Below are positions 29,880 through 40,620 of a DNA stretch of 64,000 nt, piece after piece (positions within the stretch are counted from its first letter, which is position 1; each line of letters opens with the position of its first letter). A program made the position numbers and the translations under genes. The notes under the pieces were generated by a model, which had not been told where the DNA came from, made no database searches, and saw nothing but the letters and a program-made list of their open reading frames with translations. The DNA lies in the NCBI GenBank assembly GCA_963663765.2, contig CAXXUA010000004.1:928001-992000 (forward strand), read 5' to 3'. The stretch is from Candidatus Poribacteria bacterium (GTDB lineage Bacteria > Poribacteria > WGA-4E > WGA-3G).

Positions 29880-32800
29880 CTACTCTATGGACTCTTGTAG
29901 ATTTGACTTTCCACTTTTTAACCAGTCCTCATCCTTCTGTCTTAATTTCTCCATATCATCCGGATTCTTAATATCTATAATATGTGGAGTGATGATGAAA
30001 ACAATCTCAGTGTCTTGAACTTCGGTCTGCGTGCTTTTGAATAGTCTACCAAGTAATGGAATATCACCCAAAATGGGAACCTTATTTTCTACCTCTTTCT
30101 GAGTCTTCCGAATGATACCACCAACCACAATTTGCTGTCCGTCTTCTATGTCAATATAGACACTGAGGGAGTTATCGTCCGTAATCGGCGCATTAAATTC
30201 AGTAAACTCAATAAAACTACTTGCACTAATATTCGTTATATCTAAACCGATTGTCCGTTTCCCATCTTCTCCCGCTTGAGATTTTGCAATAAAAGGTGTT
30301 AACGCAATGTTAATACCAACGGGTGGGTCAATAAAATCGTAGTTGAAAAGCGGTTGTGTCGCAGACTCTCCGAGAATGCTGTTCGTGTCTACACTCTGTA
30401 GGTAAGGAATACGCCGACCACTACTCCAAGTCGCAGGACGACTATCACGCGTCATAATTGTCGGTGAAGAAAGAGTCCTGACTTTATTTTCACGTATCAA
30501 CGTATGCAACAGTGCCATATACTCTTGGGTTGCTAAACTGTAGTTAAAACCTGATATTTCTTGTTCCAATCCAAGTTCTGAGTTCGCTTCACCAATAAGC
30601 GGATTTTCCGGCCCTAATTCTAACCCGCCAAGTTTCCTCTCAAACAGTGCTGTCTCTATCCCTTGTTTCGTCGTTTCATCAAGCGTAATTTCCAAAATCT
30701 TGATATCTATGCGTACTTGTCCACGTACAAAATCCAGCTGTTTGATGAGAGCTCGCACCTGATCCATATAACGGCTACGTGTCGTAACTATGAGTGAATT
30801 CGTATCCGGATCCGAATAGACTGTAACTTTCCCAAACAATGAATTTACATCAACAGGTTCTTCACCGGTGAAGGAATCCCTGAAAAAGCGTCCGAAACCA
30901 AAACCTCCTCCTTGGTTCTCTGCTTGTGGGTCTTGCCACACTTGTGCTAATAGTTGTGCAATAGATTCTGCTATAGCATACTCTAATCGAATTGTCTCTG
31001 TAATCTCTCGCTGTTCTTCTGGGGTCGGTACGTCAATCTGTTTGATAAAGTCTTCGACCATTTCAAAATTGCGTTGAGTACCAGTAGAAATAATTACTGC
31101 ATTCAGATTAGCGAAAGGTGCAGCTGTTACGTTACCAGCTAAAGATCCTTGTGTCTGAGCTGAGGAAGATGTGCCTCTATTACGGAGCCACCAGAAATCG
31201 TCTCCACGGAATCCACCGCCACTAGTTCCAGCATTACCTCCAAAATGTGAATTCAGCAGGTTCGCAACGTTATCAGCATCAGCATATTTCAGATAGAATA
31301 TCTTAGTTCCCCACTCTTGCTCTGGCATGCTAACATCAAGCTTTTTGATAAGGTCGTCAATCAACGCAAAATTTTGCGTTGAGGTTGAGATAAGGAGAGC
31401 ATTCAACCGAATGTCATGTACAATATGCACCGCACCTTGAACACCAAAGCCGCTGCCATCAGAAGAATTATTACCTCTGTCCCAGTCCCACCAAGGACGT
31501 TCCCTATCATTCCCTCCTGAGCCGCCTTCAAATAGATCTCGCAAGAGTGTAGCAAGCGTTTCAGCATTAGCAAATTCTAAGAAATACATCTTAATTTCTT
31601 CCTGAGTCTTTGCTTGATCCAGTATTTCAATAAGTTCTTCAATGGTAGGGAAATTACGGGGATCCGACGAAACAACAACAATGTTCAAGCGATCATTACG
31701 TGAAATGTTAACTAAACCAACAAAACCGTGAAAGATGTCATCAACATTTACTTCATTGCGCCGATAGGTTAGTAACTCCAAAATGTCTTCTCTGTCAACG
31801 CTTCTTCTCCCATCACTGCGCAATCCTTCACCTGTGATAATCTCTTCAAGTGTATTCACCACTTCCTCTGCTGAAGCATATTGCAGCCGGTAGGTTCTGA
31901 TTTCTGTTTGAAGTGTTGATCCTATATCAAGATGACGTATGATTTCTCTTAGTATAATCAGGTTCTCTTCGGAAGCTTTCAATATAAGCGAGTTTGAGTT
32001 TTCATCAGCAATGATTTTTACCGTTCCATCAATCAGGTCAACGCCTAATCCTTGTTCCAACGCTTCCTTAACCTGTTCTGCATTAATTTCTGTAGTGCCT
32101 TCTTGCGTTTTCTTTTCATCCTCGTCATCCCTTCCATCAAATACGTCTGAAAGTGTATCCTCCAAATCTGAAGCGTTTGCGTAAGTTAATGGGACTATTG
32201 CAATCTTTAGTGGAAATCGTTCACCTTCATCAGCAAACTGTAGAATAGAAGCAATTCGACGGATATTGGATGACACATCCGTAATCACCAATGCATTCGT
32301 AATCGCATCCGCAAAGATATTAGCTTGACTATTCAACAGCGGTCTCAGCACATTTGCCTGTTCGGTAGCAGAGGCATTTAACAACTGGATGATATACGTC
32401 TGAATTTCATCTGTCATTTCAACCAGTTCAGGATTCGCTTCTATAATCTTGACTGGTACATTCATCACTTTCGCTTTTTCAAAGGTTGTGACAAGCAGGG
32501 TACTATCCACTCTAACAAATGTAAGGTTATACTGTGCAAGCACGGTTTTCACTTTCTCAATGACTTCATCCAATGTGACGTTGTTCAAGTTAATCAGTGA
32601 AAACCTTTTACCTTGAATGTCGTTCTCACTTGCAATAATGGTGAGATCAGTTTCCCGTGACAACCATTCAAACAAGTTCTTCAGTTCCTGACTGGTAAAG
32701 TTGAAGTTGAAACGTACGGGTCTACCAGTTTCCTCATCTGTCTCCGCAACTTCCATCGTTCCTTCACCACGTTGCGCATACAGATCCCCCTGAATTAGAA

Positions 32801-32897
32801 CGAATAATCCGAGGCTAAGCAAAGCAATCATACATAACTTGCTACGGTGTCGTGAAAATGTATTCAAAAAATCAAAAAACCTACTTATCATTAACAA
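29880..32897 (-). CDS. gspD: Type II secretion secretin (GspD-like), paralogue 2
   Basis: N0 plus repeated N domains; secretin motifs QVRIDIKILE, LSSPTIMT and KVPILGDIPLLGRLFKS...EIVFIITPHII. Confidence 0.88.
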   Translation of the reverse strand: MLMISRFFDFLNTFSRHRSKLCMIALLSLGLFVLIQGDLYAQRGEGTMEVAETDEETGRPVRFNFNFTSQELKNLFEWLSRETDLTIIASENDIQGKRFSLINLNNVTLDEVIEKVKTVLAQYNLTFVRVDSTLLVTTFEKAKVMNVPVKIIEANPELVEMTDEIQTYIIQLLNASATEQANVLRPLLNSQANIFADAITNALVITDVSSNIRRIASILQFADEGERFPLKIAIVPLTYANASDLEDTLSDVFDGRDDEDEKKTQEGTTEINAEQVKEALEQGLGVDLIDGTVKIIADENSNSLILKASEENLIILREIIRHLDIGSTLQTEIRTYRLQYASAEEVVNTLEEIITGEGLRSDGRRSVDREDILELLTYRRNEVNVDDIFHGFVGLVNISRNDRLNIVVVSSDPRNFPTIEELIEILDQAKTQEEIKMYFLEFANAETLATLLRDLFEGGSGGNDRERPWWDWDRGNNSSDGSGFGVQGAVHIVHDIRLNALLISTSTQNFALIDDLIKKLDVSMPEQEWGTKIFYLKYADADNVANLLNSHFGGNAGTSGGGFRGDDFWWLRNRGTSSSAQTQGSLAGNVTAAPFANLNAVIISTGTQRNFEMVEDFIKQIDVPTPEEQREITETIRLEYAIAESIAQLLAQVWQDPQAENQGGGFGFGRFFRDSFTGEEPVDVNSLFGKVTVYSDPDTNSLIVTTRSRYMDQVRALIKQLDFVRGQVRIDIKILEITLDETTKQGIETALFERKLGGLELGPENPLIGEANSELGLEQEISGFNYSLATQEYMALLHTLIRENKVRTLSSPTIMTRDSRPATWSSGRRIPYLQSVDTNSILGESATQPLFNYDFIDPPVGINIALTPFIAKSQAGEDGKRTIGLDITNISASSFIEFTEFNAPITDDNSLSVYIDIEDGQQIVVGGIIRKTQKEVENKVPILGDIPLLGRLFKSTQTEVQDTEIVFIITPHIIDIKNPDDMEKLRQKDEDWLKSGKSNLQESIE

Positions 32898-32946
32898 TTC
32901 CTCGTTTTCGTTCTAAGCTAATAGTAGCCTCAACTATATTATTTAA

Positions 32947-35900
32947 TTATTTCATGGATTCTTGTAAATTTGATTTCCCATTTCTAAACCATTTCTCATC
33001 AGTTTTCTTCAACTTTTCAAGGTCATCAGGATTCTTAATATCTATTATGTGTGGGGTAATAATAAAGACTATTTCTGTATCTTGGATTTCTGTTTCTGTG
33101 CTTTTGAATAGTCTACCGAGTAATGGTATATCACCAAGTATCGGAACTTTGTTTTCGACCTCTTTCTGTTTTTTTCGAATGATACCACCAACGATGATTT
33201 GTTGTCCATCTTCTACGTCAATATATACACTCAATGAGTTGTCATCCGTAATCGGTGCATTAAAATCGGTAAACTCAATGAAGTTACTAGCACTGATACT
33301 CGTAATATCCAAACCGATAGTACGCTTGCCATCTTCACTAATTTGCGACTTTGCTATAAAGGGTGTAAGTTGTATATTGATACCAACAGGTGGGTCAATA
33401 AAATCATAGTTAAACAATGGTTGTGTAGCAGTATCACCAAGAATGCTGTTTGTATCAACACTTTGCAGGTATGGAATGCGCCGACCACTGCTCCATGTTG
33501 CAGGTCGACTGTCACGCGTCATAATAGTTGGTGTTGAAAGCGTCCTGACCTTATTCTCACGCATGAGCGTATGAAGCAACAACATATATTCTCGGGTCAC
33601 TAAACTATAGTTGAAGCCAGAAATTTCTTGCACAAGACCAAGTTCCGCATTCGCATCACCAATAAGTGGATTCGTTGGACTTAGTTCTATCCCTCCAAGT
33701 TTACGTTCATTCAGAGTCGCTTCTATCCCCAGTTTTGTCGCTTCATCAAGTGTCACTTCAAGAATCTTTATATCAATCCGAACTTGTCCACGCACAAAAT
33801 CCAACTTTTTGATCAATGCTTTTACTTGTTCCATATACCGACGACGGGTCGTTACAACCAAAGAATTGGTATCTGGATCCGCAAAAATTGTAACCTTACC
33901 GAACAACGAATTTATATCTACCGGTTCATCACCAGCGAAAACACTACTAATAAACCGTTCAAAACCGCCACCGCCACCGCCACCTTCTTGCTGTGCATCT
34001 TGCCATACTTGTGCAAGCACTTGTGAAATGGCATCTGCAGTTGCATATTCAAGCCGAATTGTCTCGGTGATCTCTCGCTGCTCATCTGGAGTCGGCACAT
34101 CAATCTGTTTAATAAATTCCTCGATCATATCAAAGTTGCGTTTAGTACCTGTTGACACGATCACTGCATTCAGATTCGCAAAAGGTTCAGCCGCAATATT
34201 CCCTGCTAAAGACCCCTGAGTCTGTGATGTAGAACCTCTACTCCGATCCCACCAATCATCATTCCAACCGCGACGACTACTACTGCTGCTGCTGCTTGCG
34301 TTCCCACCGAAATGTGAATTCAGAAGATTCGCAACATTTTCGGCATCAGCATATTTAAGGTAGATTATTTTTGTTCCCCATTCCTGTTCAGGCATGCTAA
34401 CATCAAGCTTCTTGATCAACTCATCAATCATAGGAAAATTCTGGGAAGCCGTTGAGATTAACAAAGCATTCAGACGAATATCGTACACAATATGTACATC
34501 ACCTTGAACTCCGAAACCGCCACCTGCTGACGCTTCACGGTTACTCTGTTCCCACCAGGGCCTATCACGGTCCGCTCCAGCACTACCACCCTCAAAAAGG
34601 TCCTGTAAATTAGCAGAAAGTGCCTCTGCATTCGCAAACTTCAACAGGTACATCTTGATCTCTTCCTGAGTCTCCGCCTGATCCAGTTCATCGATTATTT
34701 TTTCAATAATCGTAAAATTGCGTGGATCTGATGAAATGACAATAATATTGAGACGATCATTACGAGAGATGTTGACTAGTCCAACAATACCTTGAAAAAT
34801 GTCCTCTGTTATTCCCCGCTCGCGACGCTCTCTAATCAATCTCAGAATATCCTCTCTATCAAAACTCCTACTACCATTTTGGATATTTTCACCAGTGATT
34901 ATCTCTTCAAGCGTCGTTGCAACATCCTCCGCAGACGCAAATTTTAGTCGATACGTCCTTATCTCTGTCTGACTCGTCGGACCAGAATCGAGATGACTAA
35001 CAATCTCTTTTAGGATAATCAGGTTGTCTTCAGTCGCTTTGATGATGAGTGTGTTTGAGTTCTCATCGGCATATACCTTAACCGTACCTTCAATCAGTTC
35101 AACACCTAATCCCTGTTCAATCGCTTCCCTAATCTGTTCAGCATCAATACCTATTAAACCTTCCTGTGTTTTCTTCTCACCATCTTCTTCTTGAAAAACT
35201 TCGGAAAGTGTATCCTCTAATGAAGATGCTTCCGCAAACTTTAATGGAATAATTGCGATTTGTAATGGAAACTGTTCACCTGCATCAGCAAATTGTAGAA
35301 TTGATACGATTCTTCTCACATTTGACGAAATATCAGTGATTACAAGTGCGTTAGTCATCGCATCGGCAAATATGTTGGCTTGACTGTTCAACAAAGGTCT
35401 TAGCATATTCGCTTGTTCAGACGCATCCGTATTTTCTAACTGGATGATATACGTCCGAATCTCATCCGTCATTTCTACCTGTTCCGGCACCGCTTGGATA
35501 ATATTCACCGGAACGTTCATCACCGTAGCTTTTTCAAACGTAGTCACAAGGAGGGTACTATCAATTTTAACAAAGGTTAGGTTATACTGTGCAAGCACTG
35601 TCTTGATTTTTTCAATGACTTCATCAAGTGTTACGTTATTCAGGTTAATCAGAGAAAACCGCTTACCCGATATATCACTTTCACTCGCAATAATCGTTAG
35701 GTCAGTTTCTCGTGACAACCATTCAAACAAGTTTTTCAACTCTTGGCTTGTAAAGTTGAAGTTAAATCTTATGGGCCTGCCAGTTTCTTCATCCGTTTCT
35801 GCAACTTCCATCGTTCCTCCATCACCACGTTGCGCATACAAATCGCTTGGTGACACAGTCAGCAAACAGATGCTGAACAAGATAAATAAGATTAAACTCA

Positions 35901-35949
35901 GTTTTTGTGTCCTCTTCGGACATACTACGTTAACACAGGATAATATCAT
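32947..35949 (-). CDS. gspD: Type II secretion secretin (GspD-like), paralogue 1
   Basis: Same architecture and motifs as 29880-32897; start overlaps the upstream stop (ATGA). Confidence 0.88.
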   Translation of the reverse strand: MILSCVNVVCPKRTQKLSLILFILFSICLLTVSPSDLYAQRGDGGTMEVAETDEETGRPIRFNFNFTSQELKNLFEWLSRETDLTIIASESDISGKRFSLINLNNVTLDEVIEKIKTVLAQYNLTFVKIDSTLLVTTFEKATVMNVPVNIIQAVPEQVEMTDEIRTYIIQLENTDASEQANMLRPLLNSQANIFADAMTNALVITDISSNVRRIVSILQFADAGEQFPLQIAIIPLKFAEASSLEDTLSEVFQEEDGEKKTQEGLIGIDAEQIREAIEQGLGVELIEGTVKVYADENSNTLIIKATEDNLIILKEIVSHLDSGPTSQTEIRTYRLKFASAEDVATTLEEIITGENIQNGSRSFDREDILRLIRERRERGITEDIFQGIVGLVNISRNDRLNIIVISSDPRNFTIIEKIIDELDQAETQEEIKMYLLKFANAEALSANLQDLFEGGSAGADRDRPWWEQSNREASAGGGFGVQGDVHIVYDIRLNALLISTASQNFPMIDELIKKLDVSMPEQEWGTKIIYLKYADAENVANLLNSHFGGNASSSSSSSRRGWNDDWWDRSRGSTSQTQGSLAGNIAAEPFANLNAVIVSTGTKRNFDMIEEFIKQIDVPTPDEQREITETIRLEYATADAISQVLAQVWQDAQQEGGGGGGGFERFISSVFAGDEPVDINSLFGKVTIFADPDTNSLVVTTRRRYMEQVKALIKKLDFVRGQVRIDIKILEVTLDEATKLGIEATLNERKLGGIELSPTNPLIGDANAELGLVQEISGFNYSLVTREYMLLLHTLMRENKVRTLSTPTIMTRDSRPATWSSGRRIPYLQSVDTNSILGDTATQPLFNYDFIDPPVGINIQLTPFIAKSQISEDGKRTIGLDITSISASNFIEFTDFNAPITDDNSLSVYIDVEDGQQIIVGGIIRKKQKEVENKVPILGDIPLLGRLFKSTETEIQDTEIVFIITPHIIDIKNPDDLEKLKKTDEKWFRNGKSNLQESMK

Positions 35950-37250
35950 TGATAAACCCTCGCAATTAAAAGGACTTCCACAAGTATTTTGTTATCTTTG
36001 CTATCAGCGGACATTTGCAAGTCTCTCACTAATAACCATTTTGATTTCGTTTCAATCAACCGATTCAAGTTAACAACTTTATCTAATTCCGTTGTGAACT
36101 TTATTTTTATCGTGAAACTTTCTGGTGTATATGTTGTTTGTGCCAACTCTAACTTATCGGTAAGTTCCGATACTTGCTTCTGAATCATGCTAAAGTATTC
36201 CAGTAAGCCGGAAACCAAATTCTTCTTGTTCAGCACTTCACTATGGTTGTCAAGTAGATTAGTAAATTTCGCCAATATTTTGCTATCTCGTTGAAAATTA
36301 TACTTAGTTGTTGCTTCTTTTGCACCGATACCAAAAAATCCAGAAGACGGTTCCGTCTGTGTCTTGAAGAATTCGTTTTCAAAAAGAACTTTTTCTGCTC
36401 CAATAATATGTTGCTGTGATAAGGACAAAATAAGATCAATAAGTTCTATCCGAATAGAACCCGGGATTGATTCAGGCAAAGAAACGTAAGTCCATTCTTC
36501 AGGTTTCTGTTCCTTAGATTCCTTCTCCTTTTTATTGTCGTCAGAGTCTTGCGATGCATTCTCTTTGTCCGTATCCTCTTTTTCCTCATCAACAGATGGT
36601 TTCTCGGATTCGTCTTTGTTCTCATCAGGTTTTTCATTATCTTTTTCTTCTTTATCTTCACCTACATCTTCATCTTCATCTTCATCTTCATCTTCATCTT
36701 CTAACCACGCATTCAACAACATATCCATCGTATCATCTTCAATTTCAGATTCATCTTGTGCTTGTGTATCCTGTTTTGCCGATTCTAACTCAGCTTTGAT
36801 AGCATCACGTTCTGCTTCCAAATGTCTCTGATACAAGAACACCACTAAATTCCGTCGAGCTTGCGGAGAAATCTTCTCCGATCTTCGTCCAGGAACAGGT
36901 TCCATATTCATCTGGTAGTTCTGTGGAATTCCCGCCTGTTTGATGATTCCATTGATTTTTTCGCGGATCACCGTTTCAGGAAAATTTTCTGCAAAAATAG
37001 ATGTCGTTTTCCCACCATCAGCAATACCCATCTTCTGGTATAAATCCGATTCTATCGGTTTCAGAATCTTTGAAGCATTCACCAAGTCTTCTGACTTTTG
37101 CAATTCCAACTGTTTAGTCTTTATGTCCGAATTGGCAATCATACCATAGATACCCGGACCCAATTGCGTAACAACGGCTATGATAAGCACAAGCAGAAGC
37201 ACGCCGATTAATAACTTAGATTGTGTTGTGAGTTGCAGATCTAATTTCAC
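35946..37250 (-). CDS. Bitopic membrane protein, putative GspM/PilO-like, with a long acidic insertion
   Basis: N-terminal TM helix; C-terminal ferredoxin-like pattern (TIKIKF...LLVRDLQM); position between the PilM/N-like gene and the secretins. Confidence 0.55.
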   Translation of the reverse strand: MKLDLQLTTQSKLLIGVLLLVLIIAVVTQLGPGIYGMIANSDIKTKQLELQKSEDLVNASKILKPIESDLYQKMGIADGGKTTSIFAENFPETVIREKINGIIKQAGIPQNYQMNMEPVPGRRSEKISPQARRNLVVFLYQRHLEAERDAIKAELESAKQDTQAQDESEIEDDTMDMLLNAWLEDEDEDEDEDEDVGEDKEEKDNEKPDENKDESEKPSVDEEKEDTDKENASQDSDDNKKEKESKEQKPEEWTYVSLPESIPGSIRIELIDLILSLSQQHIIGAEKVLFENEFFKTQTEPSSGFFGIGAKEATTKYNFQRDSKILAKFTNLLDNHSEVLNKKNLVSGLLEYFSMIQKQVSELTDKLELAQTTYTPESFTIKIKFTTELDKVVNLNRLIETKSKWLLVRDLQMSADSKDNKILVEVLLIARVYQ

Positions 37251-37318
37251 TGTATTTTTTCCTTATCTAAATAAACTTATTGATAGATACTCTTAGAAAA
37301 ATAAAACACTATCAACTC

Positions 37319-39046
37319 TTATCTATCCTCTTCATTGTCTTCATTTGAGAATTCTATATTCCGAGGTGGCGGTATGTTCACATCATCCAAATTTGCTTCT
37401 TCATTCTCCGGTTCTGGCATAATAAATTCAATTTCAGGTTTGGGATGGCGTTTTTGAGCAAACTTCTGGATAGATGCATTATCAATTTGGCAACTTATCT
37501 TAACCTCAAATGTCGGTCTACGTTGATCACCCGTCGTTGTCGTCTCACCCGTCTCAATTTTGCTGAACAACTTTGAGTTACGTAGCGAACGATCCATCGC
37601 AATTATAGATTCGTTAGAATTCGCTTGTATATTAAACGTAATACGAGTCTTTGTTAGATCATCTAAATTCTTAACATCAAACGTCTTCCAAGCAACCTTA
37701 GTCCTATCATTAAAAAGCGTACTGAGTGTATGTAAAATATCTATCGGAGAAATCTGATGCGTCAATTTATCCGCAACTATAAGGTCAAGTGCAAGATTCT
37801 TGTTTGCTTGCGTTTGTTCCTGTGTCAAATTGGCTATTCTCCTATCCAACTCATCAACTTTTGAACCTTGAGTTCTACTCCAAGTCAGACTACCAAATAC
37901 AATAAATAGTATAACGATTCCACCAACTGTAGCGGCGAGTACTTGTTGACGTTTGCGACTAAATTCCGCACGTTTTTCACCGACCTCTTTCGGTATCAAA
38001 GAGACAGGTACTTCAGTTTCCAGAAGGTGAATACCGACACCTAAAGGTATCGCTAAACTATTACTATAAGATTCAATGGACGACAATGATGGTGATGTTG
38101 TATCCAATGTACCCGCTAAAAGTGGATTCCAAACCCGGGTGGGGATCTGCAGCTGCTGTTGACACGTCTGTGCTAATTCAGGAACCTCTGCGCCACCTCC
38201 GCATAAACGTATCTCAGAGATTTCCATCGGTCCGCCACCATTCACCTCACGTTCAGCCGCCGCTATAGAACGTACAAGTTCAGCAATGAAACGTCTTGAC
38301 CACGTACGCGTTGGGGGTTGACCAGCAGGAACTTGGCGCTTTTCCAGTTCAGCTGCTTCCTCATCCAACTCCAGCTCCGATTCAAAGAGCTCAGTTAACT
38401 GATCACCATTCACTGAAATTCTACGGGAAAACTGCAACGTATTACCATACATCAGACAGAATTCAGTGTTACCAGCACCAATATCTACAATAATTGTCCG
38501 TTCTGCATTACTTGACAAAGAACTCTGTGCAACTGACGATATCGCATACATAGATGGAATCACCGCTGTAGGTGAAATACCAACTTCTTTCAAAATATCA
38601 ATGTAACGTTCAACTGTTTCGCGTCTTGTTGATACCAATTCTACAGATAATGCATCCGGTGACCTTTGAATATCGTGATAAGTATATATCGCATCTTGAA
38701 CAGGAAATGGCAACTCCGTTTCGGCTGCCATTCCCACCATGGAGGGTAATTGTTCCTCCTGGGTCGCGGAGGGAAGGTTAGATAAACGTTTCGTTACCAC
38801 AAAACCACGAGGAATTGATATGCCAATCTCAATACGATGTTTGTTGAATAGGTTATACTTGATACCCAGTTGATTCCACAACTGTTTCACCGCACCAGCA
38901 ACTTGCTGAGGATCGTCCGGGTCAGGATTAGGTGTTACACCACCATCTATTAAACGTAATACACCTGCAACCTTTTCTATGTACAGTATCTTTATGGACG
39001 CATTACCGATGTCTATTGATATGACCTGATCTTTTGTCATTTGCAA
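37319..39046 (-). CDS. PilM-PilN fusion (GspL-like assembly platform protein)
   Basis: ISIDIGNASIK, IVDIGAGNT and LCGGGA actin-like motifs, then VSLIP, a TM helix and a PilN-like periplasmic domain. Confidence 0.8.
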   Translation of the reverse strand: MQMTKDQVISIDIGNASIKILYIEKVAGVLRLIDGGVTPNPDPDDPQQVAGAVKQLWNQLGIKYNLFNKHRIEIGISIPRGFVVTKRLSNLPSATQEEQLPSMVGMAAETELPFPVQDAIYTYHDIQRSPDALSVELVSTRRETVERYIDILKEVGISPTAVIPSMYAISSVAQSSLSSNAERTIIVDIGAGNTEFCLMYGNTLQFSRRISVNGDQLTELFESELELDEEAAELEKRQVPAGQPPTRTWSRRFIAELVRSIAAAEREVNGGGPMEISEIRLCGGGAEVPELAQTCQQQLQIPTRVWNPLLAGTLDTTSPSLSSIESYSNSLAIPLGVGIHLLETEVPVSLIPKEVGEKRAEFSRKRQQVLAATVGGIVILFIVFGSLTWSRTQGSKVDELDRRIANLTQEQTQANKNLALDLIVADKLTHQISPIDILHTLSTLFNDRTKVAWKTFDVKNLDDLTKTRITFNIQANSNESIIAMDRSLRNSKLFSKIETGETTTTGDQRRPTFEVKISCQIDNASIQKFAQKRHPKPEIEFIMPEPENEEANLDDVNIPPPRNIEFSNEDNEEDR

Positions 39047-39079
39047 TTTCCTGTTTAAATTTCTTGTTCAAATCCTTAT

Positions 39080-40609
39080 TTAATCTTGGCGCCAATACGG
39101 AACACTCAACTGAGTATCACTTCGTTCAATTATGCCAAGACAAGTTGCAATCACCTTACCATTAAGATCTATTCCATTGGATTGAATACGGTACCCATTA
39201 GAACGGTAAGTAACCCAATCAATAACTTGACGGAACGTCTGATCGTCAATTTCCTCAATATCCAGTAGTTGTCCAATATCACTGAACGGGTTTCCTGTGA
39301 TAGGTACCTGTAACGAATTTTGCAATTCCTCATTTTCCTCTTCGCGACGTGTAATAATAGCTTGTGCCTTTGTCTGATCCATCCCAGGCAATAACTGAAG
39401 GACTTCCAACGGTGCTGTATTAACGTTAATTAACCCTTCTATCCTTTGATCCGACTTAATGGATATTTTATCAACAATTCCAGCCAGTTCATTTACTGTA
39501 ATAACTTTTACATCTTTTATGGCATCTACGTTTTGAAACTGACCAACAGAATCTCGGTGTGATATAATCCGATCAGCAATCCCTCCATCAATTCCTTGTA
39601 AATCCTCAAGCTCATCATCATCCGCAGTATTTATATTGGTTAATGTAGGTCCTTCTTGATTACGGCCACCGCCAGTATTTTGAACAGTGATCCGATTTCT
39701 GATGCTATTGAATACGTTATCAGATACAGCTTGAGCATCTAACAATGCTGATAGTTGATTGAATGTCCGTTGCTGAATGATAGCGTTGGCTTCACCTTGT
39801 GAAAACACTGTCTGATTATTGTTAGAACGAATTTGACTGATCTGCTGAGCATTTGCTGAGTTTAAATCCACACGTTGTTGTCCATTGGTATCTGTGTTAA
39901 CATCAACTGAATACACCGTCGCTATATTCACTAACCCGCCTATACTCGTTGCTGTGAGAGTTGGGGGTAGAACTTCCTCTGTTTCCTCCATCTCCTCTTC
40001 TACTGCTGCCTGTTGCTGCAAGCCATAGAGAATCTCATAAGTCATCCCTTCAACACGTGAAATATCGCGCACCGTTCTATAAGGTCGACCTTCCACGATA
40101 CGTGTCGCAAGATCACCAGTGGGATTGTTCTCAGGTTCAACACCTAACGCTGTCAACACATTTCGAAGTATCGTCTCATCAACCGTGTTGATATTTATTC
40201 TTGCACCTTCATCCGTGATGGTCACCTGATAGTTTAATATATTACCAACCTGCATCAAATCGTCAATTTGTTGTTCAATTGGTTGAGCCCACGTCTCTCC
40301 AAGCGAGTCAAAATTGGTCTCATCTGTACGCAATTTCGCAAGCGACCATTCAAATCCCGATTTTGCCGCATAGTGATACTTCGTCCTATCAATGAAGTTA
40401 CCTTGTGCTTTGTTTTCAAGATTAAATGAATATAGTATTTGCATCGCCAATACAGAAAGAATCGTCAGAATCCAAAGTGTTGAAATTAATGACAAACCTG
40501 ATGGGTCGCTCATGTCAAACTTACCTGATGACATGACAACTTTTCTTTTGACAAGTTGTTTATTCTGATTGAATAGAAAACTTTTGACGTTTCTCATCTG
40601 TTTTACCAA
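39080..40609 (-). CDS. gspK: GspK-like minor pseudopilin with expanded HhH-type repeats
   Basis: G|LSLISTLWIL; DSLGETWA; ITDEGARININT; repeated NINTA/NVNTA units. Confidence 0.8.
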   Translation of the reverse strand: MVKQMRNVKSFLFNQNKQLVKRKVVMSSGKFDMSDPSGLSLISTLWILTILSVLAMQILYSFNLENKAQGNFIDRTKYHYAAKSGFEWSLAKLRTDETNFDSLGETWAQPIEQQIDDLMQVGNILNYQVTITDEGARININTVDETILRNVLTALGVEPENNPTGDLATRIVEGRPYRTVRDISRVEGMTYEILYGLQQQAAVEEEMEETEEVLPPTLTATSIGGLVNIATVYSVDVNTDTNGQQRVDLNSANAQQISQIRSNNNQTVFSQGEANAIIQQRTFNQLSALLDAQAVSDNVFNSIRNRITVQNTGGGRNQEGPTLTNINTADDDELEDLQGIDGGIADRIISHRDSVGQFQNVDAIKDVKVITVNELAGIVDKISIKSDQRIEGLINVNTAPLEVLQLLPGMDQTKAQAIITRREEENEELQNSLQVPITGNPFSDIGQLLDIEEIDDQTFRQVIDWVTYRSNGYRIQSNGIDLNGKVIATCLGIIERSDTQLSVPYWRQD

Positions 40610-40620
40610 AGCTAATTCGA

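Noticed and set aside
32852-33409. 185-aa plus-strand ORF and similar antisense ORFs across the T2SS, ligA and WD40 genes
   Set aside because: Shadow ORFs opposite well-supported genes
29880-35949. Secretin duplication as an assembly artefact
   Set aside because: The copies differ at many synonymous sites, in loops and in signal peptides
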